Source: a virus (Duplodnaviria; Caudoviricetes). Taken from it: a DNA stretch of 64,000 bases. The position numbers were made by a program, and so were the translations under genes. Positions 18,754 through 27,676 of the stretch are shown piece by piece; position 1 is the stretch's first letter, and each line of letters starts with the position of its first letter. A model generated the notes under the pieces. That model ran no database searches, was not told where the DNA came from, and saw only the letters and a program-made list of their open reading frames with translations. The stretch is taken from positions 22,162 through 86,161 of the IMG/VR virus record IMGVR_UViG_3300021256_000084. One strand, written 5' to 3'.

Positions 18754-19071
18754 TTATTTGCCGTTAATGTAGCTCACGTTGCACACCTGCGCCTTTGCAG
18801 CCGTCAAGCGTCCGCATGCCTCGTCTTGGAACTGCGCATACACTTCCATGAAGTTGTTCAGCTGGCACTCAACAAGTAGCCTTGCGCTCAATGCTATGAA
18901 CGCAGGGTACTTGCTTTGTGTCAGTTCCTTTAGCTTCTCGTGCGGCTGCTCCAAGAGGTACTGCATAATGAGCACCTTGTCCTTGGCGGGGAGCATTTCG
19001 CGGAACTTTACGCCCAGCTCCCTTTCAAGCTCTGTACGCACTAAATGCGTCCTTTCCCGTCGCTCTGCCAT
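18754..19071 (-). CDS. TerS-like paralog / hypothetical protein
   Basis: Helical core aligns by eye with the central part of 18211-18693. Confidence 0.5.
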   Translation of the reverse strand: MAERRERTHLVRTELERELGVKFREMLPAKDKVLIMQYLLEQPHEKLKELTQSKYPAFIALSARLLVECQLNNFMEVYAQFQDEACGRLTAAKAQVCNVSYINGK

Positions 19072-19683
19072 TTACTCAATCTTAGTGTTGTTGACTAAGT
19101 TCATGAACTCGCTGCGTACAGCTGCGTCCGTGAGGAACAGCCCTTTAAGGCAGGAGTTTGACATAATGCCCTTCTTGCGTGCTCCGCGTATTTCCTTGCA
19201 CGTGTGATGGGCTTTCATTACGCAGGCAATGCCCAGCGGAGCGCACTCTGCTGGCACGTCGCTTGTCAGTGCTTCCTCAATCATATTCACTACGTCATGC
19301 ACCAAACGCTCCTGTATCTGCATGCGTGCAGCACAGTAGTCCACGACGCGGGCAATCTTGCTCAAACCGAGTATCTTGCCGTTGGGGTGTGGAATGTAGG
19401 CAAAGAAGTACTGCCCCATGAAAGGCAGCACGTGGTGCTCGCACATTGAAGCAAAGTCGCCCGTGTCCGTAACCATTTGGTCGCACACAAGGTTGTCCTT
19501 GCCGTTGTCAAACACTGTAATCTTGGGCTTCTGCGCCGGGTCGTAGCCGCGAAACAGCTCTTTCCACATACGCACGACACGCTCAGGCGTGCCTTGCAGC
19601 CCAGCACGGTTCGGGTCTTCGCCCACATACTCCAGCAGCTCGCGCACATGCTGCTCTGCTTGTTCCTTTGTCAGCTTTGCCAT
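19072..19683 (-). CDS. folE: GTP cyclohydrolase I
   Basis: GEDPNRAGLQGTPERV, SMCEHHVLPF, GLSKIARVVD, QIQERL and HTCKEIRG motifs; start trimmed to the ATG at 19683. Confidence 0.95.
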   Translation of the reverse strand: MAKLTKEQAEQHVRELLEYVGEDPNRAGLQGTPERVVRMWKELFRGYDPAQKPKITVFDNGKDNLVCDQMVTDTGDFASMCEHHVLPFMGQYFFAYIPHPNGKILGLSKIARVVDYCAARMQIQERLVHDVVNMIEEALTSDVPAECAPLGIACVMKAHHTCKEIRGARKKGIMSNSCLKGLFLTDAAVRSEFMNLVNNTKIE

Positions 19684-19687
19684 AGTG

Positions 19688-20026
19688 CTATTCCTCGTCA
19701 AGTTTGTAAGTAGCAACGTTGCTCTCGCTTTCCTGCACGTCAGCACGGTAGCACTGCGGAATGGTGTCAACAATCCACTTTGCAATGTTCTCGGCTGTCG
19801 GGTTGAAAGGCAGCAGCTCGTTAAGGTTGCCGTGGTCGAGCCTTCCGTGTATTGCACGCTTGATAAGCGCGAAGTCTGCAACCATGCCGTCCTTGTTCAG
19901 CTCCTTTGCCTTGCAATAGACGGTGACAATCCAGTTGTGGCCGTGCAAGTTTGCGCACTTGCTTTCGTAGGACAGCTGCAAGTGATGGCAGGCAGCTATT
20001 TCCATTCTTTTCTTTACGTAGTACAT
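19688..20026 (-). CDS. queD: 6-carboxytetrahydropterin synthase
   Basis: C.NLHGHNW, DFALIK, LDH..LN and PTAENIA motifs. Confidence 0.95.
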   Translation of the reverse strand: MYYVKKRMEIAACHHLQLSYESKCANLHGHNWIVTVYCKAKELNKDGMVADFALIKRAIHGRLDHGNLNELLPFNPTAENIAKWIVDTIPQCYRADVQESESNVATYKLDEE

Positions 20027-20076
20027 AGTCTTTATACTTTTACAGTTCTTTCCAATTCTTCTAACACTTGAAAGTT

Positions 20077-20751
20077 TTACACGCCGCGCTTGTCCGCGTC
20101 CCAGATGAACTTGTGGATTTGCAGCTGCATTTTAACCCCGTTAAGGCGATTTTGAATAAGGAACGATGCAATGTCTTGAAGCTCTATCGTTCCGAAGCAT
20201 GCGCTCACTAAAACGTTGGTACGTGCAAGCAAGTTGTTTTGCTCGACAACGTACTTCATAATCTGCAAGTCGTGCAAGCTGCCCACAACAAACTTAACGC
20301 AGTCCGTCTTGTTGAGGTAGGCATAATTGCTTTGCTTCATCAGCTTTTGGTATGCGTTGCCTGCGCACTCCGTCTTGTAGTCCAGCGTTAGGCAAGGGCG
20401 ATAAGACAAAGGCAGCTCCGCAAGCTCTGCAACGGACATACTGCCGTTTGTCTCTATCTCTACCCGGTAGCCGTTGTTTGCAAGCTGCAAAACAAGTTCC
20501 TTGATGTTCGCTTGCATAAGCGGCTCGCCACCCGTCAGCGTGACGTTCTTTACGTCCTGCTGCTGCACGTACTCCAGTAGCTCCTTTGCTGTCAGCTCTT
20601 CGTACTGTTCCGCTTTGTCGTAAGAATACTTGCTGTCGCAGTAGTCGCAGCGCAAGTTACAACCGAAGAAGCGGATGAACACGGCAAGCTCGCCACTGTG
20701 CAAGCCCTCACCGTTAATGCTTACGAATTTCTCTACTACTTTGTACCGCAT
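20077..20751 (-). CDS. queE: 7-carboxy-7-deazaguanine synthase (radical SAM)
   Basis: F.SINGEG, CNLRCDYCD, TLTGGEPL and IETNG motifs. Confidence 0.95.
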   Translation of the reverse strand: MRYKVVEKFVSINGEGLHSGELAVFIRFFGCNLRCDYCDSKYSYDKAEQYEELTAKELLEYVQQQDVKNVTLTGGEPLMQANIKELVLQLANNGYRVEIETNGSMSVAELAELPLSYRPCLTLDYKTECAGNAYQKLMKQSNYAYLNKTDCVKFVVGSLHDLQIMKYVVEQNNLLARTNVLVSACFGTIELQDIASFLIQNRLNGVKMQLQIHKFIWDADKRGV

Positions 20752-20756
20752 ACAGA

Positions 20757-21425
20757 TTACTCCTTGTAAACAGTCATGTCTTCAACGCCTGCTGCGGCAA
20801 ATGCAGCCTTACGGTTGCGGCAGCTGTCACACACACCACACTGGCACTCTCCGTTCTCGTAGCACGACCACGTCTCTGCCAAGATGTCCTTGTCTTTCTC
20901 GTAGGCATACTTGATAAGGTCTGTTTTGTGCAGCCCAAGCAGCGAAGCGGTTTCAATCTTTACGTGCTTCTCGCCACGGAACGTGCCCATATCCATTGCA
21001 AGCTCAAAGGCTTTGAAGAACGCGGGCGAGCAGTCGGGGAAAGCATACTCACCGTTGACAAGCACACAATCGTCCATGTGGCTTCCCAGCACGATCTTGT
21101 CAAAGCCGTTGGAATACGCGTACACCATAGCGATTTGCAGGAACATAGCATTACGCAAAGGCACGACTACGCTTTTTTTGTAGCCCTGCTCTACTGCAAC
21201 ATCGTTTGTCAGCTGGTTTTCCTTGCCAAAGATGTGCTTAAGCGAGGAAATATCCATGCGCTCAAAGCCGAGGTTGTACTTGCTTGCAAGCTTCTCTACC
21301 ACCTCGCTTTCCCGTTTTGCTTTCTGACCGTAGTAAAAGGTCATAAGCGTGGTGTCCTCGTTTACGTAACGGAGTGCCATAGACACCGAATCAAGCCCTC
21401 CCGAACAAATAACTAATACTTTCAT
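20757..21425 (-). CDS. queC: 7-cyano-7-deazaguanine synthase
   Basis: SGGLDS, VPLRN, FPDC and TWSCY..CGVCDSC motifs. Confidence 0.95.
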   Translation of the reverse strand: MKVLVICSGGLDSVSMALRYVNEDTTLMTFYYGQKAKRESEVVEKLASKYNLGFERMDISSLKHIFGKENQLTNDVAVEQGYKKSVVVPLRNAMFLQIAMVYAYSNGFDKIVLGSHMDDCVLVNGEYAFPDCSPAFFKAFELAMDMGTFRGEKHVKIETASLLGLHKTDLIKYAYEKDKDILAETWSCYENGECQCGVCDSCRNRKAAFAAAGVEDMTVYKE

Positions 21426-21437
21426 ATTCGTTGTTTT

Positions 21438-22199
21438 CTAAAAGTTTACGTCTGCATACTTTTGGAACTTTACCCATTCAAGGAAGTTATGCGTCATGAC
21501 CTCTTTGTAATTGCGTATCTTTGTTCCCTCGGGTCTGTTGCAGGTCTTTACTTTGCCTGCCTGCAAATCAAACTTGCAATACCCTCCCGATATGTTACCC
21601 ATGAGCCAACTGCTGCTGTCAACGCTGTCGAAGCGGAAGTTGCCAAGCTTGGAGCTTGTATAGCCAAGCCCGTGTATCTTTGCGTTGTTCTTGTGTGCAG
21701 TAGCAATAAACCATGGAAAGTATTTCTCTATCACGCTTGACGGCAGGCCGTCAGTGAGTATGCCGCCGAAAGCCACGTATGAGTAGTTTTTGCACATCCA
21801 TTCAAAGTACTGCTTGCCACGCGAGAGGTGAAACACTGGAATAGAACGCTTGCCCGTAAGGCTCTCCAGCCGTTCACGCAGTTGCTCCACCTTTTCCAGC
21901 CCGACAATGCTGTCAATGTCAAGCTCAAAGAAGTGCTTGATGTCGTATTTGTTTATGAAGTCCGCGTAGGCTTCCGTGTACTTCATCCAGTCCGTATCGT
22001 CCTTGCCCTTTACCATGTAGGTGAACGCTCCGCTGTCAAGCAGGAAATTGTCGTTAGCCGTCCAAATGCTTTCGGGAGCTTTCTTGTTGCTCAAAAGGTA
22101 GTAGTAGCTTTCGAGCAGGTACACACTGCGGAAGTCTATGTCGGAAAACTCCCGAATGTTCTTGTACTGATTTATTGCTGCTGCCAGGAATACACGCAT
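21438..22199 (-). CDS. dpdA: DpdA-like 7-deazaguanine DNA transglycosylase (TGT fold)
   Basis: FLLDSGAF, ELDI, IPVFH, VAFGG, KIHGLG and DSVDSSSW motifs, adjacent to the preQ0 synthesis genes. Confidence 0.8.
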   Translation of the reverse strand: MRVFLAAAINQYKNIREFSDIDFRSVYLLESYYYLLSNKKAPESIWTANDNFLLDSGAFTYMVKGKDDTDWMKYTEAYADFINKYDIKHFFELDIDSIVGLEKVEQLRERLESLTGKRSIPVFHLSRGKQYFEWMCKNYSYVAFGGILTDGLPSSVIEKYFPWFIATAHKNNAKIHGLGYTSSKLGNFRFDSVDSSSWLMGNISGGYCKFDLQAGKVKTCNRPEGTKIRNYKEVMTHNFLEWVKFQKYADVNF

Positions 22200-22201
22200 A
22201 C

Positions 22202-22825
22202 CTATTTCACTTTTACGTTTTCGTAGCCTGCAAGTGCAGCTTCAATGGCTGCTTTAATTTCTGCCTGCTGTTCCTCCATTTCGGGCGGGAACGTGACTTC
22301 AATCTTCAAGTCCTTTACCTTTTCCTCTTTGGGCTTTTCCTCAAAAAGCTTGTCGATGTCAACGTCCTCGTTGCCACCAAGGAAAGAGCAGTCAAGTCCC
22401 CAATCCTGCACGTCGCCCGTGTCCCACTCATTGGCAATCAGCTCCCAATCAATGTTACCGAAAGCCACGTTGTCCTTGATGGTGTACTCGCACAGTTTTT
22501 CTACGGGCGTGTCCTGCTTGAACACATAGCAGGGCAGCTCCTTGAAGCCAAGCTCGCGGCAGGCACGCAGGCGCATGTTACCGCCAATGACTACGTAGTG
22601 CCCGTTTTGCAGCGGATAGACAAGCAGCGTGCGTGCTTCCAGCAGCTCGGGCGCGTCCTCAATGCTCTTTTTAAGTGCTTCGTAACGCTCGTCCTTTATC
22701 CAGCGAGGATTTTTTGGCAGTCCTTCAAGCTGTCCGCTGTTAAGCTCCAGCAGACTGATGTCGAGCGTCTGATACGGAATGTTGTTACTCATGCGTTTTA
22801 CTTGATTTTGAAATAAACTACGCAA
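22202..22825 (-). CDS. ParB/Srx N-terminal domain protein
   Basis: PKNPRWI...LKKSI...VIGGNMRLRAC.ELG motif; heads the modification cluster. Confidence 0.8.
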   Translation of the reverse strand: MRSLFQNQVKRMSNNIPYQTLDISLLELNSGQLEGLPKNPRWIKDERYEALKKSIEDAPELLEARTLLVYPLQNGHYVVIGGNMRLRACRELGFKELPCYVFKQDTPVEKLCEYTIKDNVAFGNIDWELIANEWDTGDVQDWGLDCSFLGGNEDVDIDKLFEEKPKEEKVKDLKIEVTFPPEMEEQQAEIKAAIEAALAGYENVKVK

Positions 22826-22851
22826 AAGTAAGCAAAACTAAGCAAAATAAA
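22823..22851 (-). promoter_or_regulatory. promoter with tandem GCTTA repeats
   Basis: TTTATTTTGCTTAGTTTTGCTTACTTTTG on the - strand. Confidence 0.65.
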
Positions 22852-23192
22852 CAGATTTTAGGCTGCTGTGTGTAAACAGTAAACACAACGAGGGCGCAAA
22901 GCCGTATTGCCTTGCGCCCATACCTAACCTAAATAAACATCTATATTACACCGTGGGAAAAAAGTTTCTTTGAAAGAAGCGCACACCGCTGTATGCGCTT
23001 GAAGCAGTACGTAATGCTTCTATATAGCTTTTGGATAGCTTTCTTATGGGAGTGCAGTACCAGCTTCACAGCCAACTGCACGTGTAGTTATTTGCCTATG
23101 TTCACAATCTATGAGTTATTATTGACTGAAAGGTGTTGCTTCGAAAAAGCAGCTGCGTTTCACAACGGGGCTGCTGGTGTATGAATAAAAAG

Positions 23193-23537
23193 TTAATCAG
23201 TTCGTTGCTTATTACTAAGCGCGTCTTGTTTGGATTGAAGATAATCGACTATTTTATTGTAGAGATTTGTCGTTACAGCGTCGCGCACTTCCAGATAGCC
23301 CTTGTAGTGCTTGGCAACAGTTATAACGTTGGCACGGCTGCGCTTTATCGTTGCTGCTGCATCCGTCGGGTGTATGCCTGCCAGCTTCGTTACAGCACAG
23401 TACAGCCCGCGAGCAAGGTTTACGTCGCGTGACTTCGGTGCATAGACAAGTTGCTCGCTGCTGATGTTGCAGACTGCACAAACAGCCTGTGCCACCTGCT
23501 CGGAGCTGCAAATAATGTCTAACTTTGGTACTGTCAT
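23193..23537 (-). CDS. DnaA C-terminal-like HTH protein
   Basis: QAVCAVCNIS.EQL..PKSRDV.LAR......IKRSRANVI matches the DnaA domain IV pattern. Confidence 0.7.
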   Translation of the reverse strand: MTVPKLDIICSSEQVAQAVCAVCNISSEQLVYAPKSRDVNLARGLYCAVTKLAGIHPTDAAATIKRSRANVITVAKHYKGYLEVRDAVTTNLYNKIVDYLQSKQDALSNKQRTD

Positions 23538-23562
23538 TTACGCGTTTTCTGTAATTTTGCGT

Positions 23563-23602
23563 CAAAGGTAAGCAAAATTAAGCGAAACTAAGCGTAAATA
23601 AA
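23563..23602 (-). promoter_or_regulatory. promoter with three GCTTA repeats
   Basis: GCTTAGTTTCGCTTAATTTTGCTTACCTTTG on the - strand. Confidence 0.65.
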
Positions 23603-23605
23603 GTA

Positions 23606-24778
23606 TTATTTAGTATCATTTAACAAATAGTCTATCACGGCACGGTTGGCTTCGTCCACCTTTTTATTGCTTGCGCGTATGTACACGCGTGTAACGTTTG
23701 CGCCCGAAGTCTGCGAATGCCCAAGCGCACGGCTGATGGTGTCGTCGGGAATATCAAGGTTGTACGCAAACGTTGCCCACGTGTGGCGTGCCCAGTACAG
23801 CGTAAGGTTATCAATGCCTATGCGCTTACCCATTTCGCCCAGCCAGTAGTTACATTTGTTGGCGAACATGTTGTAGCGCGAAACGCTGTCAAACCATACG
23901 AGCAAGTGCTGCCTGCCGCGATACTTGTCAAGCAGTGCCTGCGCTTCCGGCTCAATCTTTATGTCGTACAGCTTGTGTGTCTTGCTGCGCAAATACTGCA
24001 AGCGTCCGTCCGTCGGCTCTGCGAGGTCTGCAAGGTCTGCGACGTTAATGCCAATGAGGTAGAACGTAAGCAGAAAGCAGTCCTTGTAACGCTGTTCGTG
24101 CGCTGCACAAGGCAACGACATGAAGCTGCGCATCTGCTGTAGGCTTAAGCTGCGCTTCTGCGTTTCCTCGTGCTCCATTTCAAACTTTCGGAAAGGGTAG
24201 CACGTAATGGTGTCCTGCTTGATGGCGAAGTTGAACACGGCACGCAGGTTACGGAAGTGTATGCTGCGCCCGTTGGGCTTCGGGCTGTACTTCATGAGGA
24301 ACAGCTTGAAGTCATTGAGCCAGCGCACCGTCATTTCCTCAAACGTAAGGCTGTTCCAGTCCGCAAACTTGCCCACAAGGGCTGCTGTGCGTGCATAAAT
24401 TCGCTGTGTGCTGCTGTTTTGCTTCAACGCGATAAACTGCTCGTAGGTGTCCCGAAACAAGTGCGGCAGCTCGTTCTCATCCTCTTTTTGCAGCAGGGCT
24501 ATGATCTGCTTGTCTGTCAGCGAGCGCATCTTGCCGCTTGCCTGCAACTGCAACAGCTTTGTTTCCGCGTCGCTTTGCCGCTGGCGCAAGACAGCGTTGA
24601 GCACCTTGCGGTTTGCCATGTTGACAATCTGCTGCGTCCGCTCGTTCCAGTCCTGCGGCAGCACGTCTATCCCGACAGGCACATAGAACGTGTGCTTGCG
24701 GGCTACAGCAAGCTTCAGCGGATAAGTGCCGTCCTTGTGCTTGTAACGTGTGTCAAGCCGTACTGATACCTTTACCAT
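23606..24778 (-). CDS. int: tyrosine integrase
   Basis: Arm-binding N-terminus, IGINVADL, YWARHTWAT, LGHS and catalytic Y. Confidence 0.93.
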   Translation of the reverse strand: MVKVSVRLDTRYKHKDGTYPLKLAVARKHTFYVPVGIDVLPQDWNERTQQIVNMANRKVLNAVLRQRQSDAETKLLQLQASGKMRSLTDKQIIALLQKEDENELPHLFRDTYEQFIALKQNSSTQRIYARTAALVGKFADWNSLTFEEMTVRWLNDFKLFLMKYSPKPNGRSIHFRNLRAVFNFAIKQDTITCYPFRKFEMEHEETQKRSLSLQQMRSFMSLPCAAHEQRYKDCFLLTFYLIGINVADLADLAEPTDGRLQYLRSKTHKLYDIKIEPEAQALLDKYRGRQHLLVWFDSVSRYNMFANKCNYWLGEMGKRIGIDNLTLYWARHTWATFAYNLDIPDDTISRALGHSQTSGANVTRVYIRASNKKVDEANRAVIDYLLNDTK

Positions 24779-24812
24779 AGTGTGCCGTAGTCAAAACATA
24801 AGGGGCAAATAA

Positions 24813-24837
24813 TTTGCAACTTTTTTGCAACTTTTTT
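24813..24837 (+). repeat. arm-type site, tandem TTTGCAACTTT
   Basis: Two 11-bp copies plus a partial copy; same tandem at 25024-25045. Confidence 0.75.
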
Positions 24838-24905
24838 GCCCCAAACAGTCCTAAAATGTCACTCTTTGTCTGCCTTGCAGCAGCAGCGGTTTTCTTTGTA
24901 AATCG

Positions 24906-24962
24906 CGGAGAGACGGGGATTCGAACCCCGGATGCGCTTTTGACGCATACACGCTTTCCAGA
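24906..24962 (-). other. attP core = 3' portion of tRNA-Ser(GGA)
   Basis: - strand CTGGAAA anticodon loop, long variable arm, GGTTCGAATCC T arm, TCTCTCCG end; no D arm or 5' acceptor strand. Confidence 0.88.
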
Positions 24963-25023
24963 CCTATCTACTCCGCGTCTTAACCAGCTGTTAAACAATA
25001 AATTAAAAATCGCTTTGCGAGCG

Positions 25024-25045
25024 TTTGCAACTTTTTTGCAACTTT
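25024..25045 (+). repeat. arm-type site, tandem TTTGCAACTTT
   Basis: Direct repeat of 24813-24834 on the other side of the core. Confidence 0.75.
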
Positions 25046-25049
25046 TCGC

Positions 25050-25691
25050 TTATTTCAGTGACATCAGCATCAGCACTCTATACCATGCGCGAATGTCCTC
25101 TTTGGCAATCGTGAAATCGTCAAAGTCGGGGTTGATGCTGCGGCACACTATACGGCTGTCATCCTCTTTGCAGGGAAACACGTTCTTTACAACAGGGCCG
25201 TTTACCGTATCAAGCTCGTAAGTCCTGCCCCACTCAATGAACGCTGCTTCGTTGATACGCTTGACGAGTATCTTGCAGCCGCTCGGGTATTCGGGAGCCA
25301 TGCTGTCGCCCGTTATCGTGCTGGCGTGGCTTGCATCCTTTATCGGGCTTACGACCATTTCACATTCGTATTCGTGTACCTGTGCTTCAAAATCCGTAGG
25401 ACTGCCACCCTGCACACTGATGGGCAGCAGCGGAACATAGACTGCATCATCCTTACCAGCCGCAAACAAGTGAGCAGGCATCATTTCGCCCTCGCCCGTT
25501 TTCAGCCAGTCAGCATTGACTTGCGGGAACTGCTCACGCAGTGCTGCAAGCACCTTTGCGCTCGGCGACTTCGTATTCTGCGCGTAGGCATTGCTAACGC
25601 CGAGCTTCTTCTGTAACTGCGCAACACTTAAGCCAAGCGCATACGCGAGTTTGCTAAATCGTTCCTTAAAATCCATAAAAAAGCTATCCAA
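25050..25691 (-). CDS. CI-like repressor (HTH + S24 peptidase)
   Basis: N-terminal HTH; ITGDSMAP (Ser) and VVKN (Lys) dyad. Confidence 0.9.
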   Translation of the reverse strand: MDSFFMDFKERFSKLAYALGLSVAQLQKKLGVSNAYAQNTKSPSAKVLAALREQFPQVNADWLKTGEGEMMPAHLFAAGKDDAVYVPLLPISVQGGSPTDFEAQVHEYECEMVVSPIKDASHASTITGDSMAPEYPSGCKILVKRINEAAFIEWGRTYELDTVNGPVVKNVFPCKEDDSRIVCRSINPDFDDFTIAKEDIRAWYRVLMLMSLK

Positions 25692-25712
25692 AAATCTTAA
25701 TAATATGTAATT

Positions 25713-25789
25713 TTGTATAGTAATTTATAGGCAAATTTAGTTTTTTATAGTAACTTTGCCCTTGCATTACGTTTACGGGTGCAAAGTTA
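25713..25789. promoter_or_regulatory. overlapping divergent cI/cro promoters
   Basis: TAACTTTG (+) at 25751-25758 and TAACTTTG (-) at 25782-25789. Confidence 0.75.
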
Positions 25790-26006
25790 CAAAATTATCT
25801 TCAAATTGATATACATTATTAAGTATTTTTATATGGAAATAACATCAAAACAGGAAAAGCACGAAGCTGTTTACAACAGATTCAAGCAGCTTTGCAGCGA
25901 CGGGCTGACGAAAACAGCCGCGACGTACAAGGTAATGTCAGAGTTTAACATCTGCACTCCAACGACAGTGAACAACATCCGAAAGAAGTTTGAAGGAGGG
26001 AACTAA
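25779..26006 (+). CDS. Cro-like small regulator (true start probably the ATG near 25833)
   Basis: First gene divergent from the repressor; short HTH-like protein. Confidence 0.55.
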   Translation: MQSYKIIFKLIYIIKYFYMEITSKQEKHEAVYNRFKQLCSDGLTKTAATYKVMSEFNICTPTTVNNIRKKFEGGN

Positions 26007-26009
26007 GCT

Positions 26010-26207
26010 ATGACAAGTACAGAACCTAAAGTAAGTGATAGCGGCTGGTACGACACGGGGCAGACGGCGCTTGCGCTGGGCGTTGACCGTCGTACTATTG
26101 CACGGCACACTGAAAAGGGCTATATCAAGTGTAAAGTAAGGAAGTGTAACAACCGACGCGTGTACTCAGGGCGTGAGATAAAACGCTATTGGGGAGCACA
26201 GTATTAA
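26010..26207 (+). CDS. excisionase-like HTH protein
   Basis: YDTGQTALALGVDRRTIAR MerR/Xis-type HTH. Confidence 0.65.
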   Translation: MTSTEPKVSDSGWYDTGQTALALGVDRRTIARHTEKGYIKCKVRKCNNRRVYSGREIKRYWGAQY

Positions 26208-26220
26208 GTACGACAACTTT

Positions 26221-27078
26221 ATGGACGAGCAAGCAATTTACAATCTTTACAGCGTGCAATGCGCACTAAACACAATTGATATGGCTAAGAGATTTACGGA
26301 CACGGAAAAGTACAAGAAGCATTTTGTCCGTTCACTCAAAGCACCTTACAAACTGCTGTGGGACTACATTCTTTGCGACTGTAACCACGCAGGGATATGG
26401 ATTGTGGACTTTGAAGCGGCACGAATGTACTTGGGCAAGGACGTTAAGATTTGCGAGCGTGCTGCACTGGAAGCGTTCAACAAGGACGAAAAGCGCGTCA
26501 TACCCATTGACTATGGCGAGAAGTGGTTTATCGTTGGCTTCATTGAATATCAGTACGGGGAGCTTAACCCGCGTAACCGCGTACATGCAAGCGTTATCAA
26601 AATGCTGGAACGCTACGGGCTGTGGAAGGACGGCAAGCTCAACGTCGATGTAAGCAACGTGCCCGTCCGTAAACTTCCGCAACAGAAGCAGCTTGCAGAC
26701 ACGCAAGAGCAGCAGGAGCAGCAGGAAACGGAGGACGAGCTGCTGGCAGCGGTAACGGACGTGAAGCCAAAGGGGTACGAGCAGATGAACCTGGACTTCA
26801 TCAGCGAGGACTTTAGGGACATCTTCTACACATGGCTTGACTACAAGCGTGAACGCAGGGAGCGTTACAAGACACAAAGCTCGCTGGAAACAGCGTACAA
26901 GCGCATGCTTAACTTGGGCAACAGCGACCGCCTGCAAGTACGCCTTGTCGTTGAGCAGAGCATTGGCAACAACTGGGCAGGGCTGTTTGCGCTGCGTGAA
27001 GCTCGCAAGCAGACAAGTACGACAACACACACAACGGACAAAATCAGCGAGGACTATCCAAAATGGCAAAAGCGTTAA
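26221..27078 (+). CDS. replication initiator-like protein
   Basis: KRFTDTEK..KLLWDYILCDCNHAGIW N-terminus; W.GLF C-terminal motif; upstream of the DnaC-like gene. Confidence 0.65.
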   Translation: MDEQAIYNLYSVQCALNTIDMAKRFTDTEKYKKHFVRSLKAPYKLLWDYILCDCNHAGIWIVDFEAARMYLGKDVKICERAALEAFNKDEKRVIPIDYGEKWFIVGFIEYQYGELNPRNRVHASVIKMLERYGLWKDGKLNVDVSNVPVRKLPQQKQLADTQEQQEQQETEDELLAAVTDVKPKGYEQMNLDFISEDFRDIFYTWLDYKRERRERYKTQSSLETAYKRMLNLGNSDRLQVRLVVEQSIGNNWAGLFALREARKQTSTTTHTTDKISEDYPKWQKR

Positions 27079-27647
27079 GCGAGATATTCAACGACCTAAA
27101 GGACTTCGGCTTTCAAGTACCCGAACGCTTCTTCTTCAAAGTGCCAAACGCACGCCAAAGGCTTGCAAAGGGGTTGCAGTATTGGTTGCAGCGCGAGGGA
27201 GTGCAGCCGGAATGGCTACCAGAGTACGAACTTGTAGCGGACTGGCTTTCCGACAACAAAGGGAAAGGGCTGCTGCTTGCAGGAAGCTGTGGACGCGGCA
27301 AGACGCTGATAGCAACACGCATCCTGCCCGTGTTCTTTCACGAGTTCAAGCGCGTGTATTCCATCTATAACAGCTACGACCTTAACAGCAAGCAGCGCGA
27401 GGTTTTCACGTCGCACTTCCTTTGTATTGACGACTTGGGCGTTGAAAACGAAAGCGTGCAGTACGGAGAGCGTCGCAACGTGTTTGTCGAGCTGATTGAC
27501 AGCGTGGAAAAGAAAGGAAAGCTGCTGGTAGTGACAACGAACCTAACGCCCACTGAAATTGAAGAAAAGTACGGCACGCGCACGATTGACAGGCTGTACA
27601 GCTGCTGTACGATAGTGGAGTTCAACGGAGCAAGCCTAAGAAAGTAA
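27063..27647 (+). CDS. DnaC/IstB-like helicase loader ATPase
   Basis: GSCGRGKT Walker A, LCIDDLG Walker B, TTNL and RTIDRL motifs. Confidence 0.85.
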   Translation: MAKALSEIFNDLKDFGFQVPERFFFKVPNARQRLAKGLQYWLQREGVQPEWLPEYELVADWLSDNKGKGLLLAGSCGRGKTLIATRILPVFFHEFKRVYSIYNSYDLNSKQREVFTSHFLCIDDLGVENESVQYGERRNVFVELIDSVEKKGKLLVVTTNLTPTEIEEKYGTRTIDRLYSCCTIVEFNGASLRK

Positions 27648-27676
27648 CATACACCTATTATATAAATATAAGTAAT

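Noticed and set aside
19072-22199. Queuosine tRNA-modification operon
   Set aside because: No queF or queA; the TGT-fold gene has the short DpdA-type form and is paired with a ParB-like gene, which points to DNA modification
24906-24962. Complete tRNA-Ser gene
   Set aside because: The 5' acceptor strand, D arm and 5' anticodon stem are missing; better explained as an attP core
24813-25045. CRISPR array
   Set aside because: The repeats are 11-bp tandems without spacers; no CRISPR array or cas gene was seen anywhere in the window
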